Assembly (NCBI GenBank): GCA_035084275.1
Contig: CM068744.1
Coordinates: 18,414,001 to 18,478,000 of the forward strand
Source of the DNA: Hydrolagus colliei
Lineage: Eukaryota
Direction: 5' to 3'
Length of the DNA: 64,000 nt
Position numbers and translations under genes: made by a program. The notes beneath the pieces were generated by a model that saw only the letters and a list, made by a program, of their open reading frames with translations, was not told the DNA's origin and did not search any database. This document shows positions 10,586 to 23,157 of the stretch, piece by piece. Within the stretch, counting starts at the first letter, position 1. Every line of letters starts with the position of its first letter.

Positions 10586-12115
10586 TAATAATAATAATCC
10601 TTGCATTTGATGTAGCACCGTATCACGTTGTTAAGGCATCTCAAAGCGCTTCACAGAATATACTGTAAGATGTAGTGACTGTGTGTTTTTGTGAGCGAAA
10701 TGTGGCAGTAAATTGCCCAGTCATGGAATGAGTGATCAGATTAGTATTTGCGTGACCAAATCAATATTATTATTATTATTATCAGAAAAGCATTAGTTCG
10801 GTCCATCTGTTAAGTTTTCAGTGATGCCGCTGTAGGGAGATGCTACATGGCAGATAGGCAAGAAACACATTAATTCCTTTTTGAGTCTTATGCTCACACT
10901 GTCCATAACTCCAGAGCTCAGAATTTTAAACATACAAAACATCTTCAAGGTTTTTATACACTGTGGCCGAGTTCGTACAAGTCTGCTTCAGAGTTTTCCC
11001 CATTTTCTCGTAAATCCTCCAAAGCTTTCTGTTCTTCTTTCGCGTCTCTTCGTTGATGGGTAGAGTTCAAGGAGGCTGCTCAGATGACAGTGAGGAAAAT
11101 GGATCCTGGAGTAACCAGCATCATCAGTGTGATGTGAATGGCATCGGGGTTGGTGCAACTCTAGCCAGGTAGTCTGTAAAGTCAAGGCTGAGAGTGAAGA
11201 TATTGAGGGAGATGCCAGAGGGAAACTTGCTGAAAAGGACATAGAGGAAATAAAATATTGCTTCTAATATGAAGCATCTAATCTCAGTATTTATGTCTTT
11301 AAACTGTTGAAAGGAATAATTAATACTAACAAAAGTAAATCACTTCACATAAATAATGGTCACAGACCTATAGGGCACGAATACAAAATTAAATTAACAA
11401 GCCTCAAGCATAGTTTGAGTAAAGATGTTTTCCCTACAAATTAATAGATTTATGATATTGGCTTCAATAGCAGTTTTGATGTGAAGTTAATCAATTTCAG
11501 TATAAAGAACACTGTAAATATCTGCATAAAATTGGGTTAGGATTATCAAGATAAATATAGAGAAAGATGATGAAATACTGCATGGAAGATAGCAATTTCT
11601 ATGCTGCTAGAACTGTGGAAATGTTTTCTGTTTGGGACCAAATATTGCAGGTTGTACTGTTTCACTGGCACATTAGAGTTTTGTTGGATTGTCTTCAGCG
11701 ATCAAAGAAAAAATTCAAAGAGCTTTGATTTCCTGGAGTTTTATTTGTGATCAGTCATCTCCCATGAAGAGATTCAATAGTGGAGGAGTGGATGTAGGGC
11801 ACACTGTACATCATCCATGTTAAAGAATTGGCTTGATCAGCTATATGTCCTTTTCTCTGTCCATAATTTTCTTGGGTTCAAATGTTCTGAGCATCCAGAG
11901 TATTGGAACTAATGACATGTGGCAGCTGTAGTTCTATGTCCACTCCCAAGGCAACAAGATAAAAGTAGCTATCAAACGGAATATACTGTAGTTGGCTCTG
12001 TACTTTACAACCTCTTTCTTTGCATTATCACCTCTCAAATCACCATAGGGGGATGCAGAATAATCACAACCAATTTAATTCTACAGAGAAAGAGGAAACA
12101 AAATTACATGCTTTA

Positions 12116-12321
12116 TAATAATAATAATCCTTGCATTTGATATAGCGCTTTTTCACATCTTCCAGATGTCTCAAAACTCTTCACAGAATGTACTGTAAAG
12201 TGAATTTACTGTATATTTGTGAGTGAAACGCAGCAGCCAATTGCGCACAGCAGAGTCCCACAAACAGTTCATGGATTAAAATGACCAATTTTATTATGTT
12301 ATTTTTGAAGGGATTATTATT
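12116..12321 (-). mobile_element. Family Y SINE, body only (ends at the head-body junction)
   Basis: taataatccttgcatttg...gggattattatt with no tRNA head; 21616-21805 ends at the same point. Other headless fragments near 2300, 4905, 10586, 15025, 30357, 47720, 48600, 57580. Confidence 0.85.
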
Positions 12322-13214
12322 GCATGCTTTTCATGTCAGAAAGACATCTCAAAATGCTTCACCAGATTTTATTGTGAAGTGTAGTGATTGTATATTTTGT
12401 AGGGGAATATGGCAGCCAATTTGCACACAGAAATGTCCCATAAACAACAATGAAGTGAAAGATCAATTTTATTTGGAGATTGTTGGCCAGGACACCAAGG
12501 AAAATTCCATTCGCTTTTTGAATTGTGTTTTGGGGTCTTTAATGTCTATCTGAACAGGCAGACAAGATATCGATTTAATGTTTAATCTGAAGGACAGGAG
12601 TAAGGTAAAAGAAAAATAAGGTATTCTACTCATCAATTGCTGAAACAAAAGTATAGTTACCTTTTATTTTTTAAAAATGGTTTAACAACCATAAAAATTG
12701 AACAGGGAAACAAATTACTTGATAGGCATGATCACTTCAAAAGTAATAAGGTTGAATATAGTACAAAGGCAGACAAAGCTACCCAAGTAGATATTAACAT
12801 TTTATGCTGTGAACAGCTGGAGAAAAATACGACATAGACCATTCCTGCTCTACTACTCGTTTTAACATAGAGATTCATAAAGTGAGAGCCTGCATTAATT
12901 GCCAGTTGAGTTTAGATCCCCAGGTGTGATGTCTAGGCTATGCAGTGGCTCTGATCAGACTGCACCTTGAGTAATATACACTGTTGTAGTCACTGTGACA
13001 GAACCTAAAAGCAATACAGAGCAGTGCAATGAGATTGATGATCAGAGTTAGAGGAATGAGCTGTGAGAAACGATTAGACAACCTACGGCTCTTCAGTCTT
13101 GAGAGAAGATGAATAAGAGGAGACCTTGTACAGGTGTATAACATTTAAAATGGGATTAAAAAAGTAAACTTTATGATGCATGGTAGATTAAGAGTACATA
13201 GGGTTAGAGTTGTA

Positions 13215-13519
13215 AATAATAATAATAATCCTTGCATTTGATATAAAGCTTTTCACTTCTTCTAAACATCTCAAAGTGCTTCACAGAGTATACTATAAAA
13301 TTAATTGACTGTAAATTTGTGGATGAAGTACGGAAAACCAATTCGCACAGCAGTGTCCCACAAGCAGTTATAGATTGAAATCACCCATTTTTGTGGGGGA
13401 GTAATTATCATTAGGCATGTGGAGAAACTTTAAACTTGCCCAAGGTTCCGCTCTGTCTTGAATCAACCCCAGGTTTTTCGCTTGGAAGGCTAGTGCTCAA
13501 ACCACTGAGCTACAGGACT
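13215..13519 (-). mobile_element. Young tRNA-headed SINE (family Y), full length
   Basis: Head reverse complement accactgagctacaggact, body and tail present. Confidence 0.9.
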
Positions 13520-15132
13520 GCAAGTTAATTTCAAGACAGATACCCGGGAGGTTTTCTTTATTCAGAGTCAATCCACTTTACAATATATTCTGTGTTAATT
13601 AACGCATTACTGGACAGAATTTTTAAAGTTTTATTCTGTACTTTCTGGCATTATATATTTATTAATACAAGGAATACCTGTGAGCAATACACATACCAGT
13701 TCTGGATCTAAATTTGGCCCTTTGTGATGCATGATGGTTTCAAAAGCTATGAAGACATGAAAGACATTGGGAAGCTTAAAGGAAACAGTGTCTTGATAAA
13801 GCATGTTGAAGATATAATTCTGAGAACTAATTTATTTTGTCCTCATGTGGATCAGAATATTGGTTGAACTTTTGTGCATCCTATCTTCAAAAGGATTATG
13901 AAATGTTGGAGATGGCTCACAGATGAATAAAGAAAAAACGTGTAGTTTTAAAGATCCTTAACACATACAAAGTACTCAACGTACTTCACAAGTAATTAGT
14001 ATGATGTACAGTGACTGTTCTCTTGAAGGCAGTTGAGTTGCATATAATCTGGAAGGAGATATGCAAACAAATGCTTTTTGTTTATTAGGAAACATAAAAT
14101 AAATTGAAGAACGCATTTTCAGGAATTAGAAGTTCCATCAATATTCCAATTAATGCCTGTTTCCACATTAGCTTATTTTCTAAAAACCCAAGTTGTGATG
14201 AAATGTTGGATGGCTGAAAGAGTCATTGTCTTGGGGTGTAAAACTTTTGTTTTAAGATAGAAGAACAATGCGACGGAAAGAACCCTGATCTAGTTTTACT
14301 CTAAAATAGTAATTCAGAGAAACCAGAATTTAGCAAATTCTTCAACACAGTCTTAATTTCGAAGCCAGTTTTATGGCAATTATTCTAAAAGCAAAAGAAA
14401 CCTGGCTTCAAGGTTAAGATCCAATTGAACAATTTTTCAAATTCAGGATGTTCTGAAATGTTATCTTGGAGTAAATCTCTAGATAGAGTTTGTGGAATTT
14501 TATGCAGCAATGCCACAAATAAATAGATTAAATTGTTTTTGTCTATCAGACATTGCAAAATAATGAAAGGACCTGTAAAAGAAATATCGTTTGCAAGTAG
14601 GTGTTAAATGGAGTTCCAGATTTTAGTCTGTTTTACAATCTGTAAGAAGAATTCCGTATTTTAATATTTGGCAATCAACATAGGAATGGTGTAACAAAAG
14701 ACAAAGCTTACAAGCACAAAATTAGTTTAATGGATAAGACATGTTTTGAAGTTAGATTTATTTAGAATGTATTGTAGTTAATGAATGAGCACGTCAAAGG
14801 AAACTTGAATTTAAAAAGACTCGTCGAAAATAAGGAGAACAAGATAATGATAACAAATTGAAAGCAAGTCTCCTGCTTGAAACAAAATCTATGTTGGGTC
14901 CAGCATCAGAGATAACAGATACAATTGAGTAATTTCCTACAAAAGTACATCAGTTTATTTCTGTCTAATTTAATAATATTTGTATACCGTGAGATCATTT
15001 TGTTATTTGTGTTTCGAATATTTTGAAAACCCACAAAATATACAATCAATCCACTTTGCAATATGTTCTGTGAAGCACTTTGAGATGTCTCGAAGACGTT
15101 ATATTGGCACCATTTCAAATGCAAGGATTTGG

Positions 15133-15439
15133 GTGGAGTCCTGTAGCTCTGTGGTTAGAGAATTTGCCTTACAAACGAGAAACCTGGGTTCATTTCCAGA
15201 CAGGGCAAAACCTTTGGCAAGTTTCTTTACTCCATATGCCTAAAAATAATCCCTCATTTTAAATTTTTTTATCAATTTCAATCCACGACTGTTTGTGGGA
15301 CACTGCTGTGCACAATTGGATGCCATGTTTTGCCCACAAATATACAGTCTTTTCACATTACAGTATATTCTGTGAAGCACCTTGAGATGTCTAGAATACA
15401 TTGAAAGTGCAACATCAAATGCAAGGATTATTATTATTA
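15133..15439 (+). mobile_element. Young tRNA-headed SINE (family Y), directly after the tail of another SINE
   Basis: gtggagtcctgtagctc...caaatgcaaggattattattatt. Confidence 0.9.
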
Positions 15440-16899
15440 AATGTGACAATTATTTACAGGAAGAGTGTCTCCAACCATGTTGGCCCTGCTCTCTGGAACT
15501 TCATCTACTTGACTGCAAAGTACGATTATCTGTTCACCTCCTCCCACCAAGCTTCACCCCCACTCGGGCTCATTTTGTGAACAATTTTGGAGATGTCTTC
15601 CTCAGGTGAAAGGCACGATATAAATCTAAATTGATGTTGTAATTCCTCTGTTATTTAATAAACTACAATTCGTTCTCATTTTGATGGGTAAGACAACTTG
15701 TCTTTTTATCTTCCTTGAAGAAAGTGCTTTGAGACATCTAGAAGATGTGAAAAGCGTTAAATCAAATGCAAGGCTTATTATTATTATTATAAGACAATTC
15801 CATTCATTTAAGCAATGCAGTGAAATTAATCTCTATGATTAACTGTAAATCTAGTTTACCTTTCTTGTGCAGATAAGGACTGGTCAATCTATCAGAGAAA
15901 AAGCCGAATAAACTACTGATGTACTGTATTCAGAATTATCTAAGAAAACCCAAAGGGAAACTGGCATATGGTACAACATTTGGCCATTCATGAAAGGCAG
16001 AGGAGTACATTACATCAAAGCCTAAAATGATAACATAAACATTAATTAACATTATGAAATATACACCCATTGGTTGAACTGATGGCTATATTATGTTTAA
16101 GGAATTAATTATAAATAGCTACTCAGAACCAATATTCTAATTCATAGCGTCTACCAACCTCATAGATGTTACATTGCTAAAATAGTCCTCCTCAAGAGTT
16201 CATAACATTTCTCTATCACTAACGTCATGCTGACCAGGATGCAAAAGATCAGATTTCTTTCAACCAGATATGGAAACTAAACATACTCTATCAAAATATG
16301 TGAGTATTTGAAATGAGTTATGTCTGATTTCCATTTGCAAATCTGTGTAGAGAGTGACCCAATAGCAAGCTGTGCAAAGTAGTTATTTCATTTATTGAGC
16401 AATCTATTTAATTAGCAAACCTTTTCCCCTCATATGTAGAATTATGTATGTGACCCATGCTCCTTGTCTCTGGTATAATGTTCTGCAAAATTAATGTTTG
16501 TTTCGCTGACGGTTTTGTTGGCCACTATCAACAAACCAAATTGATGTCTGAATTTTGGCAACAAAATGCTCATTTTGCAAAGTTCAGACAGAGACTAATC
16601 CATCATGCGTGTATCATATTAATACATGGGTGGAGTTTACCATGGCTACATGTTCATAATTATCCTGCTGAAGTTAATCCAGGCCTTGAAGATGAAGTAC
16701 AAACCTCATTTAGGATATCATCCACCTGCTCCTCTGTTCCTCTCTGAGCCAACTGGAATGACCAATGGAGAGAAACGTCACTGTAGACAGGCATCAATTA
16801 TCCTACGCTGGGCAACCATGGCAGCTGGGAACTGGTAGGTCCAGTCTGTCACTGTCAGGCCAGAGAAAATTGTATGTGCCTTCCAGCAAAGTAGCTTAA

Positions 16900-17260
16900 T
16901 TATCATTTCTTCCTGGTGGCATCGCTGTACAATTGTGGAAATGAAACAGGTACAAAAAATGACTCAGCATCTTCCAGGTTATCTGGCCTGAAAAAATATA
17001 ACATGGGTCATTCATAGGAAAGGAAGTGTTGTAGTTCTGAAAGTCAAATAATACTGCTGGGCCCAGGAGTAATTAATCTCTGTCCGTGTTTATGTGAGGG
17101 ACCCAAACACTTTGCCTGGTCCTCAAACTTACTTGTCTCTCTGTTTTTAAAACCAAATCAATCATGATTCCCCATGCAGCAAAAACGTGGAATAAAGAGA
17201 CAATGGAGTGGAATGAAAAGAAGCAGGATTGATAGTGTCAGTGGATTTTCTGACAGGCTT
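16900..17260. promoter_or_regulatory. Candidate enhancer (EICE, ARE/MARE and ETS motifs)
   Basis: GGAAATGAAA 16937-16946, ATGACTCAGCA 16959-16969, AGGAAGTG 17021-17028 in apparently repeat-free DNA. Confidence 0.35.
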
Positions 17261-17367
17261 CTGCAGCCTCCTGCGTATGTGACTTGTAAAATCTGTAAGC
17301 TTCACTGGGAAAAAAATGATCAGCGATGTCTCTGACCACTCCTCAAACCACCTTTCTCACTCACAAC

Positions 17368-17460
17368 CCTCCTCCTCCTCCACACACACACAAACACCAC
17401 CACCCCACACACACATACACACACACAAACACCCTCCCACACACACACCACCACTACCAC
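17368..17460. repeat. (CCT)n / (CA)-rich imperfect microsatellite
   Basis: Direct reading. Confidence 0.9.
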
Positions 17461-19303
17461 AATTGCTTTTCTATGTATAACAGAATGAATACTGATGAGA
17501 ATGAAGCCAGTTGTAGTCAAGGGCAAGAAAGACAGCAGTAAAAATATCCATAGATCAACTTCAGATGAATGTTATTGCTTTACAATGCAAATGTGCAGCA
17601 ACAAATTAAGTCTTGAGGCAAGGAAGGCTGACTAGTCAACATATGAAATGGGGCTTAACTAAATATCAGCTTGGTAGCTGAAGACTTTTTTTTATGATTG
17701 TCTAATTTATGCAGAAAGCATAAGAATAGCCTGGAACTAAAACAAGTACGGATATGAGCCTTTCGTGAATCATGCATGGAAACCACCTGTGGTAGTATCT
17801 GAATCTGACATTATTACAACAAAAACAGTCAACAGATCAGGAAATTCTGCAGCAGCAAAGCTTGGAATCTCAATACATGTACATGCAGGAGCAAACAATT
17901 ATGTCTCAGCCCAGGAAAGCACCCAAAATAAAAGAAAGCTGGAAGCTGTTATTGCAAATAAGAGACGAAAAAGTCAATTACGTGAACAAAACAAGCCTGG
18001 CAATGGAATGGCTAAAAAAAATATCAGCTGTAGATTTGCCATTATTTTTGTAAAGTCTAATGCAAGTTCCCTGCTGAACAACCGAGAGAAAAGCTTGTGG
18101 TAGATAGGGAAGCTTTATATATGACTTTGCTGTGCATTTGTAGACTCACCTTAGGCAAAACAAAGGTATGATTACATGCTGAGAAATCACTGATGCCTTT
18201 CGGAAGGCTCATATCACAGAATTATGCGGTACTGCTAGTAATTCTGCCTAAGCAGGGCTATGATTAGAATTTATGCAGTTTATCCTATCAGAACTCACAG
18301 TGTGTTTTCAGGCCATGTGTGTAACAGCCATTACCCATTTAAACCTAAGGAACAATAAAGAGATGAACTGGAATTACAGCTGTTCTGTGCTTACTGAGCA
18401 ACCCCAAGGGACATCTGAGAAGCAATTTTCCATCTGCTGCTGGTGAAAATAAGTTATAGAAAAGAATTTAAAGGCTCAAACCCAGGAGCATTGGTGAGCT
18501 CACTCTCTAGGTGGTTTCTCAAAACTCTGTTACCAAACATATATTTTTGCATTGAAAATATTTCACAAATTTCTTCCTGCAATTAGTTATAGTATTGGTA
18601 AGCAGATAATAAAGATAACAAGGCTGGAAAACCACTATTTTGACTCCTTCAGAAGTAAAAGTAGGGGTAAACTTCAGTTATTCAATGGCTTACCTTCAAC
18701 TGAAGAAATTGTCTTTTCAACTTGTAAATCATTTTTTTTCACAATGTGTATTTGTGCCAAAGACAACGTGAGTAGATTCATAGTTGCTTGGGGGTAGAGG
18801 TCACTTGATTTTGTTATTGTACTGTGTTGGAGGAACAGGATGAAATGGTCACAGACACTGCAGTGAATTAAATGAGCCATTTTGTTTAATAGCGCCATGC
18901 TACAAGAAAGAAGAAATAAATACTGTAATTTGAATTAATGTATAATGTTTTAATTCTCTATGGCTGATAGAAAAGGCAAACTTATGAAACTGGACAACCA
19001 CTGTTGTATTGTAAGTCTGGTTACCTACCCATCTCATATCCTGTCCTTCTGCTAAAGAAGGTTGGAAAGAAACCCATCACTATTGTCTGGTGAAGCCAAA
19101 GAACAAGTTGAGACATTATTAATTAGTAGGAAAGCTGTTTAAATACGCTTCTGCGCAATGTATCTCAACAGATAATAGGATTTTGTTTCTTTCCTCTTAT
19201 TCTTTGAAGCACCTCAGACGGATTCTCAAGACAGACGATGGCACACACAATCTTCTCGACCTGTACAATTATTTATCAACTGTAAATTGAAAACATATGG
19301 AGA

Positions 19304-19670
19304 ATAATCCTTGCATTTGATGTAGCGGGAGCATGGATCAATGAACTTCATGACATTTTAATATAAAGTGCATTTTGTAGGTGAATCTAGCAGCCAATTG
19401 TGCACAGCAATGTCCCACAAACAGCCATAGAATGAATAACTAGTTTTATTTGGAGGATTTGTTGGCCAGAACCCCCGAAATAAAACATCTTTCTCCTTTT
19501 AAGGAATGCCATGCAATCTTTAACATCTAGCTGAAAATTATGTGAACAGATGGACTGGACCGCAATTTAGTGTCTCATCTGAAGGGTGAAGCACCTCCAA
19601 AGATGCATGCTCCACTCATACTGTATTGTAGTGACAGCCTAGACTATGAACTCAATGTCTCAAGGTGTGA
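19304..19670 (-). mobile_element. Old SacSINE1-like Deu-SINE
   Basis: tcccacaaacag...gttggccag...tgccatg...tctcatctgaagg. Confidence 0.7.
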
Positions 19671-19874
19671 ATCGTTGTACCATCCACCATCCTCTTAGCA
19701 ATTCAAAGTTTTAGTCTAATTACCTTATTGACTAAACAAATCTCATTGCGCCCAGATTATGGTCAAACTTCCGTTTTCTATCCATTTTCTATAGTTCCAA
19801 AAAATAATCTAATGTTGATACTTGAATGGTAGCACACCGTGAAAAATAAACAGACATAAGATATTTGTAAAAAT

Positions 19875-20250
19875 GCAAAATACTGCAGATGCTGGAAATC
19901 TGAAAAAAAAGAGAGGTGAATGTTTATTTGGGGAAGACGGGTTTGCGGGGTTATGGGGAGAGAGCCAAGAAGTGGGATTGACTTTAAATAGCTCTTTTCA
20001 AAGAGCCGGCACAGATTTGATGGGCCGAATAGCCTTTTATGCTGTAAAATTCTATGATTCTATGACAACAGAAATTACTGGAAAAACTCAGCAGGTCAGG
20101 CAGCATCTATGGAGAAAGGAAAAGGGAGTCAATGTTTCGGGTCCTGACCCTTTGTCAGAATTGCAGTATGTTGGGAGGAAGAGGCTATTAAGGAATAAGA
20201 GGGAGGGAGAGGCAGAGCAAGGAAGACAAAGGAGAAAATGGGGTAGAGGG
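19875..20250 (-). mobile_element. Penelope-like terminal-repeat fragment with a degenerate hammerhead core, interrupted by a CR1 tail
   Basis: Reverse-complement homolog of 33890-34025; minus strand reads ctgacaa-a-gggtcaggaccc-gaaacatt. Confidence 0.75.
19911..20065 (+). mobile_element. CR1 3' end fragment nested in the Penelope-like fragment
   Basis: gatgggccgaatagcc...(attctatg)2 CR1 terminus. Confidence 0.9.
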
Positions 20251-20427
20251 TAAAAGATGCATCCAATTAGGTAGCAATATGCATACTTCATGTAATACTT
20301 TATGGCTGCATTCTCTTATTGTATTTTGTTGAATGAGTGAGAGAAATTGATTAGTGTTTCTCCCTCTCAGCTGTTCTATGTCTTGGTGCTTCCCTTTGTC
20401 TTGGCTTTTATTATTTTTACTTCTTTA

Positions 20428-21027
20428 TCCTCACCCCTCAGGCTGCTGAAACTATCATTCATGCCTTCATCACATCCAGGCTCGACTACACCAATGCCCT
20501 GTTTGTCGGGCTTCCCAACTCTGCTGCCCTTGTCCTCTACCGCTCTAAGCTCCATGACCCGATATACTCCATTCGCCCAACTCCACTGGCTCCCCATCAC
20601 ACAGAGGATTCAATTCAAGAACCTGGGCATCATATTCAAAGCCCTTCATGGCCTCGCCACACCCTACCTTTGCGACCTTCTAAACCCCTACCAACCTGTC
20701 TACCCCTTCCATGCAGCAGGCTACTGTCTGCTTCATGTCATCTGCCCCACCCGCCTCACCATCAGTGGGCGAGCTTTCAGCCACTCTATCCATAATCTAT
20801 GGATTTCAATCCTGGAGTCCCTCCACCTTGCCCCTTCCTGTCCTCCTTCAAGACCTGCCTCAGGACCCTCCTCTTCGATGGTTCCATTGGTCATCTCAAA
20901 TCCCCTCCTTTCTTTCCACCCTCCCCGATCCCGACACCAGCTCAGGTCTGAAACAATAACTGTCCAACGCCTTGGGGTATCCTCCTGAAGTAAAAGGCGC
21001 TAGACAAATGTAATTTTGTTATTGTTG
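20428..21027 (+). mobile_element. L2 LINE 3' fragment
   Basis: SRLDY, LHWLPITQRIQFK, SGRAFS motifs; tail aaaaggcgcta...ttttgttattgttg. Confidence 0.9.
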
Positions 21028-21316
21028 TAGGTATGTGGAGTAAGGAAACTTGCCCAAGGTTTCACCCTTGCCCAAGAACCCAGGCTTTTCACTTGCAAAG
21101 CAAGTGCTCTAACCACTGAGTTACAGGACTCCACATTCCTTGAAAAAAATTATTATTATTTGGTCACTCAATCCATGATTATTTGTGGGACACTGATGTG
21201 CGCAATTAGCTGTCCTGTTTGCCTACAAAAAAAAGTCAATTCACTTTATGGTATATTCTGTGAAGTGCTATGCAATGACTCAAAGACCTGATAAGGTGCA
21301 AGGTTTATTATTATTA
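21028..21316. mobile_element. Family Y SINE with inverted tRNA head (head on -, body on +)
   Basis: 21028-21135 is the reverse-complemented head; 21136-21316 is a forward body with (tta)n tail. Confidence 0.8.
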
Positions 21317-22849
21317 CTGTGTCCTATTTCAGGTAACCTATCAATGGTGCCCATTATTGAAGGAGCACCACAATAAAGGTTTGCATACAATATAAAGATT
21401 GTTTTGGATGATAAGAGTGAGAAAAAAACAATCAGATACAAACCAAAATTTCAAAAATGACAAAAAATAATGTTGCCACATAACATTGTATGAAAATATT
21501 GTAAGATTGTTTAACCAACCATTTGTATTTCAATTATTGTACTTTCTAAAATGGCTTATCTCATTAAAAAAAAGACTTAAAGCGCTTCGTAGTGATTTAC
21601 TGTACATTAACAGTAAGAATCCTTGCATTTGATGTAGCACTTTTCACATCTTCTAGATGTCTCAAAGCATTTCACAGAATATAATGTAAAGTGACTTGAC
21701 TATATATGTGGGCCATATGCGACAACCAGTTGCGCACAGCAATGTCCCACAAACAGTCATGGATTGAAATTGTAATTTTTTGTTGTTTTGGGGGGATTAT
21801 TATTTATTTATAAGAATTTAATAAATGTGCTCTTGTAGGCAAACAGGCTAGCCAATTTACAACAAATCCTCAAAGATGGCCACAAAATTAAACCTCATAT
21901 TTTTATCTGGAGGATTTTGGGCCAGGACACCATGTTAAATTTCTTCCGCTTTTCAAAGTGCCATGGGATCTTTAAATCAATTTGAACAGGCAGATGGAAC
22001 TTCAGTTTAACAATTCATCTGAAGGATGACACCTCAGTCAATTGAAGGTTCAGCCTAGCTCTGAGATTATTATTCTAGGAAGAAACTTGAAATATTAGTA
22101 CTGTAATAGTTAAACAAGTATTCGATTCAGTTTCAATGTTTTGAATAGTAATGATGGGAGTAAATAGAGATTGGAGAATCCTGTTATAATGTGCCTCATT
22201 ATAACGCAGACTTGCTTATAACTTATATAACTTTGAAAAATTATAAAATCTTAACATTGCAGCACTCAAATCCGTTGTTTTACTTCAAATTGCATTGTCG
22301 TGGTTTAAACTGCTTCAGGCCAACTGAAGTAAAATTTGAAGTGTGATAACACATTCTGAAGTCAGGGAAGGCAAATCGCTGGAGCAGAGGGTAATATAAG
22401 AATAGGCGACCAGCTTTCTGCACACACGTTTAGCATGCCATAGGTCATGTAGTTAGTCATTTCAGGATGAGGAAAAGCTGGCCAGCAGCTGCTCTGTTGC
22501 ACGCCAGGCTACACTTATTTTGAGCCCCAACTATATAATCATCCTGAATTACAGTGAGTTGGTAATCAGAGGGCATTAATGGAAGACAAACAGGGGTTTC
22601 TAAATTAGTTTTATTTTACGCAGCGTTGTTGGAATGAGGAATATTTCATCATAAATAAATGATGAAGCCAAATCCATAAAGGGGAATTTGGGCAAAAGGA
22701 AATACAGTACATGAAGAGAAATAATAAAACACATCAGGGAAAAGCAGAGGTTTCGGATTAATAAGATGAAAGTCGCCAAACACTTTTGATGTCAACATTG
22801 CCCCTTTATAATTTAGGATTTTTTTCTCGAAATATTTTCTGCTTTGGCT

Positions 22850-23157
22850 TCTTTTCTTCAGCCTGCTCCATGTCCCCTGACCCACCCGTCCCACCATCAG
22901 TAGGCAAGCCTTCAGCTATTCTACCCCTAACATCTGGAATTCCATCCCGCAGTCCCTCTGCCTCACCCCCTCCCTAGCCTACCACAAGTCTCACATGATG
23001 AGCCTTCTCTTCGACAGTCCCATCAGTCATCCCAAGTTCTTTCCACCCTCCTTGATCCCAACCCCAGCTCGGGTCTGAAATATTGACTGTCCAGCACCTT
23101 GGGACGTCCTCCCGATGTGAAAGGCGCTATACAAAAGTAATTTTGTTGTTGTTGATG
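22850..23157 (+). mobile_element. L2 LINE 3' fragment
   Basis: gggacgtcctcccgatgtgaaaggcgctatac...(gtt)n. Confidence 0.88.

Noticed and set aside
11166-11177. Minus-strand cagactacctg matching part of miR-199-5p
   Set aside because: Only 11 nt, seed region absent and no complementary arm
10988-11242. ORF ending KRRERRTESFGGFTRKWGKL, reminiscent of nociceptin/opioid FGGF peptides
   Set aside because: No dibasic site immediately before FGGF, no precursor-like context or repeated opioid cores; likely chance
17765-18103. 112-aa ORF in unique sequence
   Set aside because: GTG start, no recognisable domain and no convincing splice signals
22175-22560. Possible Tigger-like remnant (repeated gttataa motifs)
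   Set aside because: Could not define matching TIRs or a TA duplication
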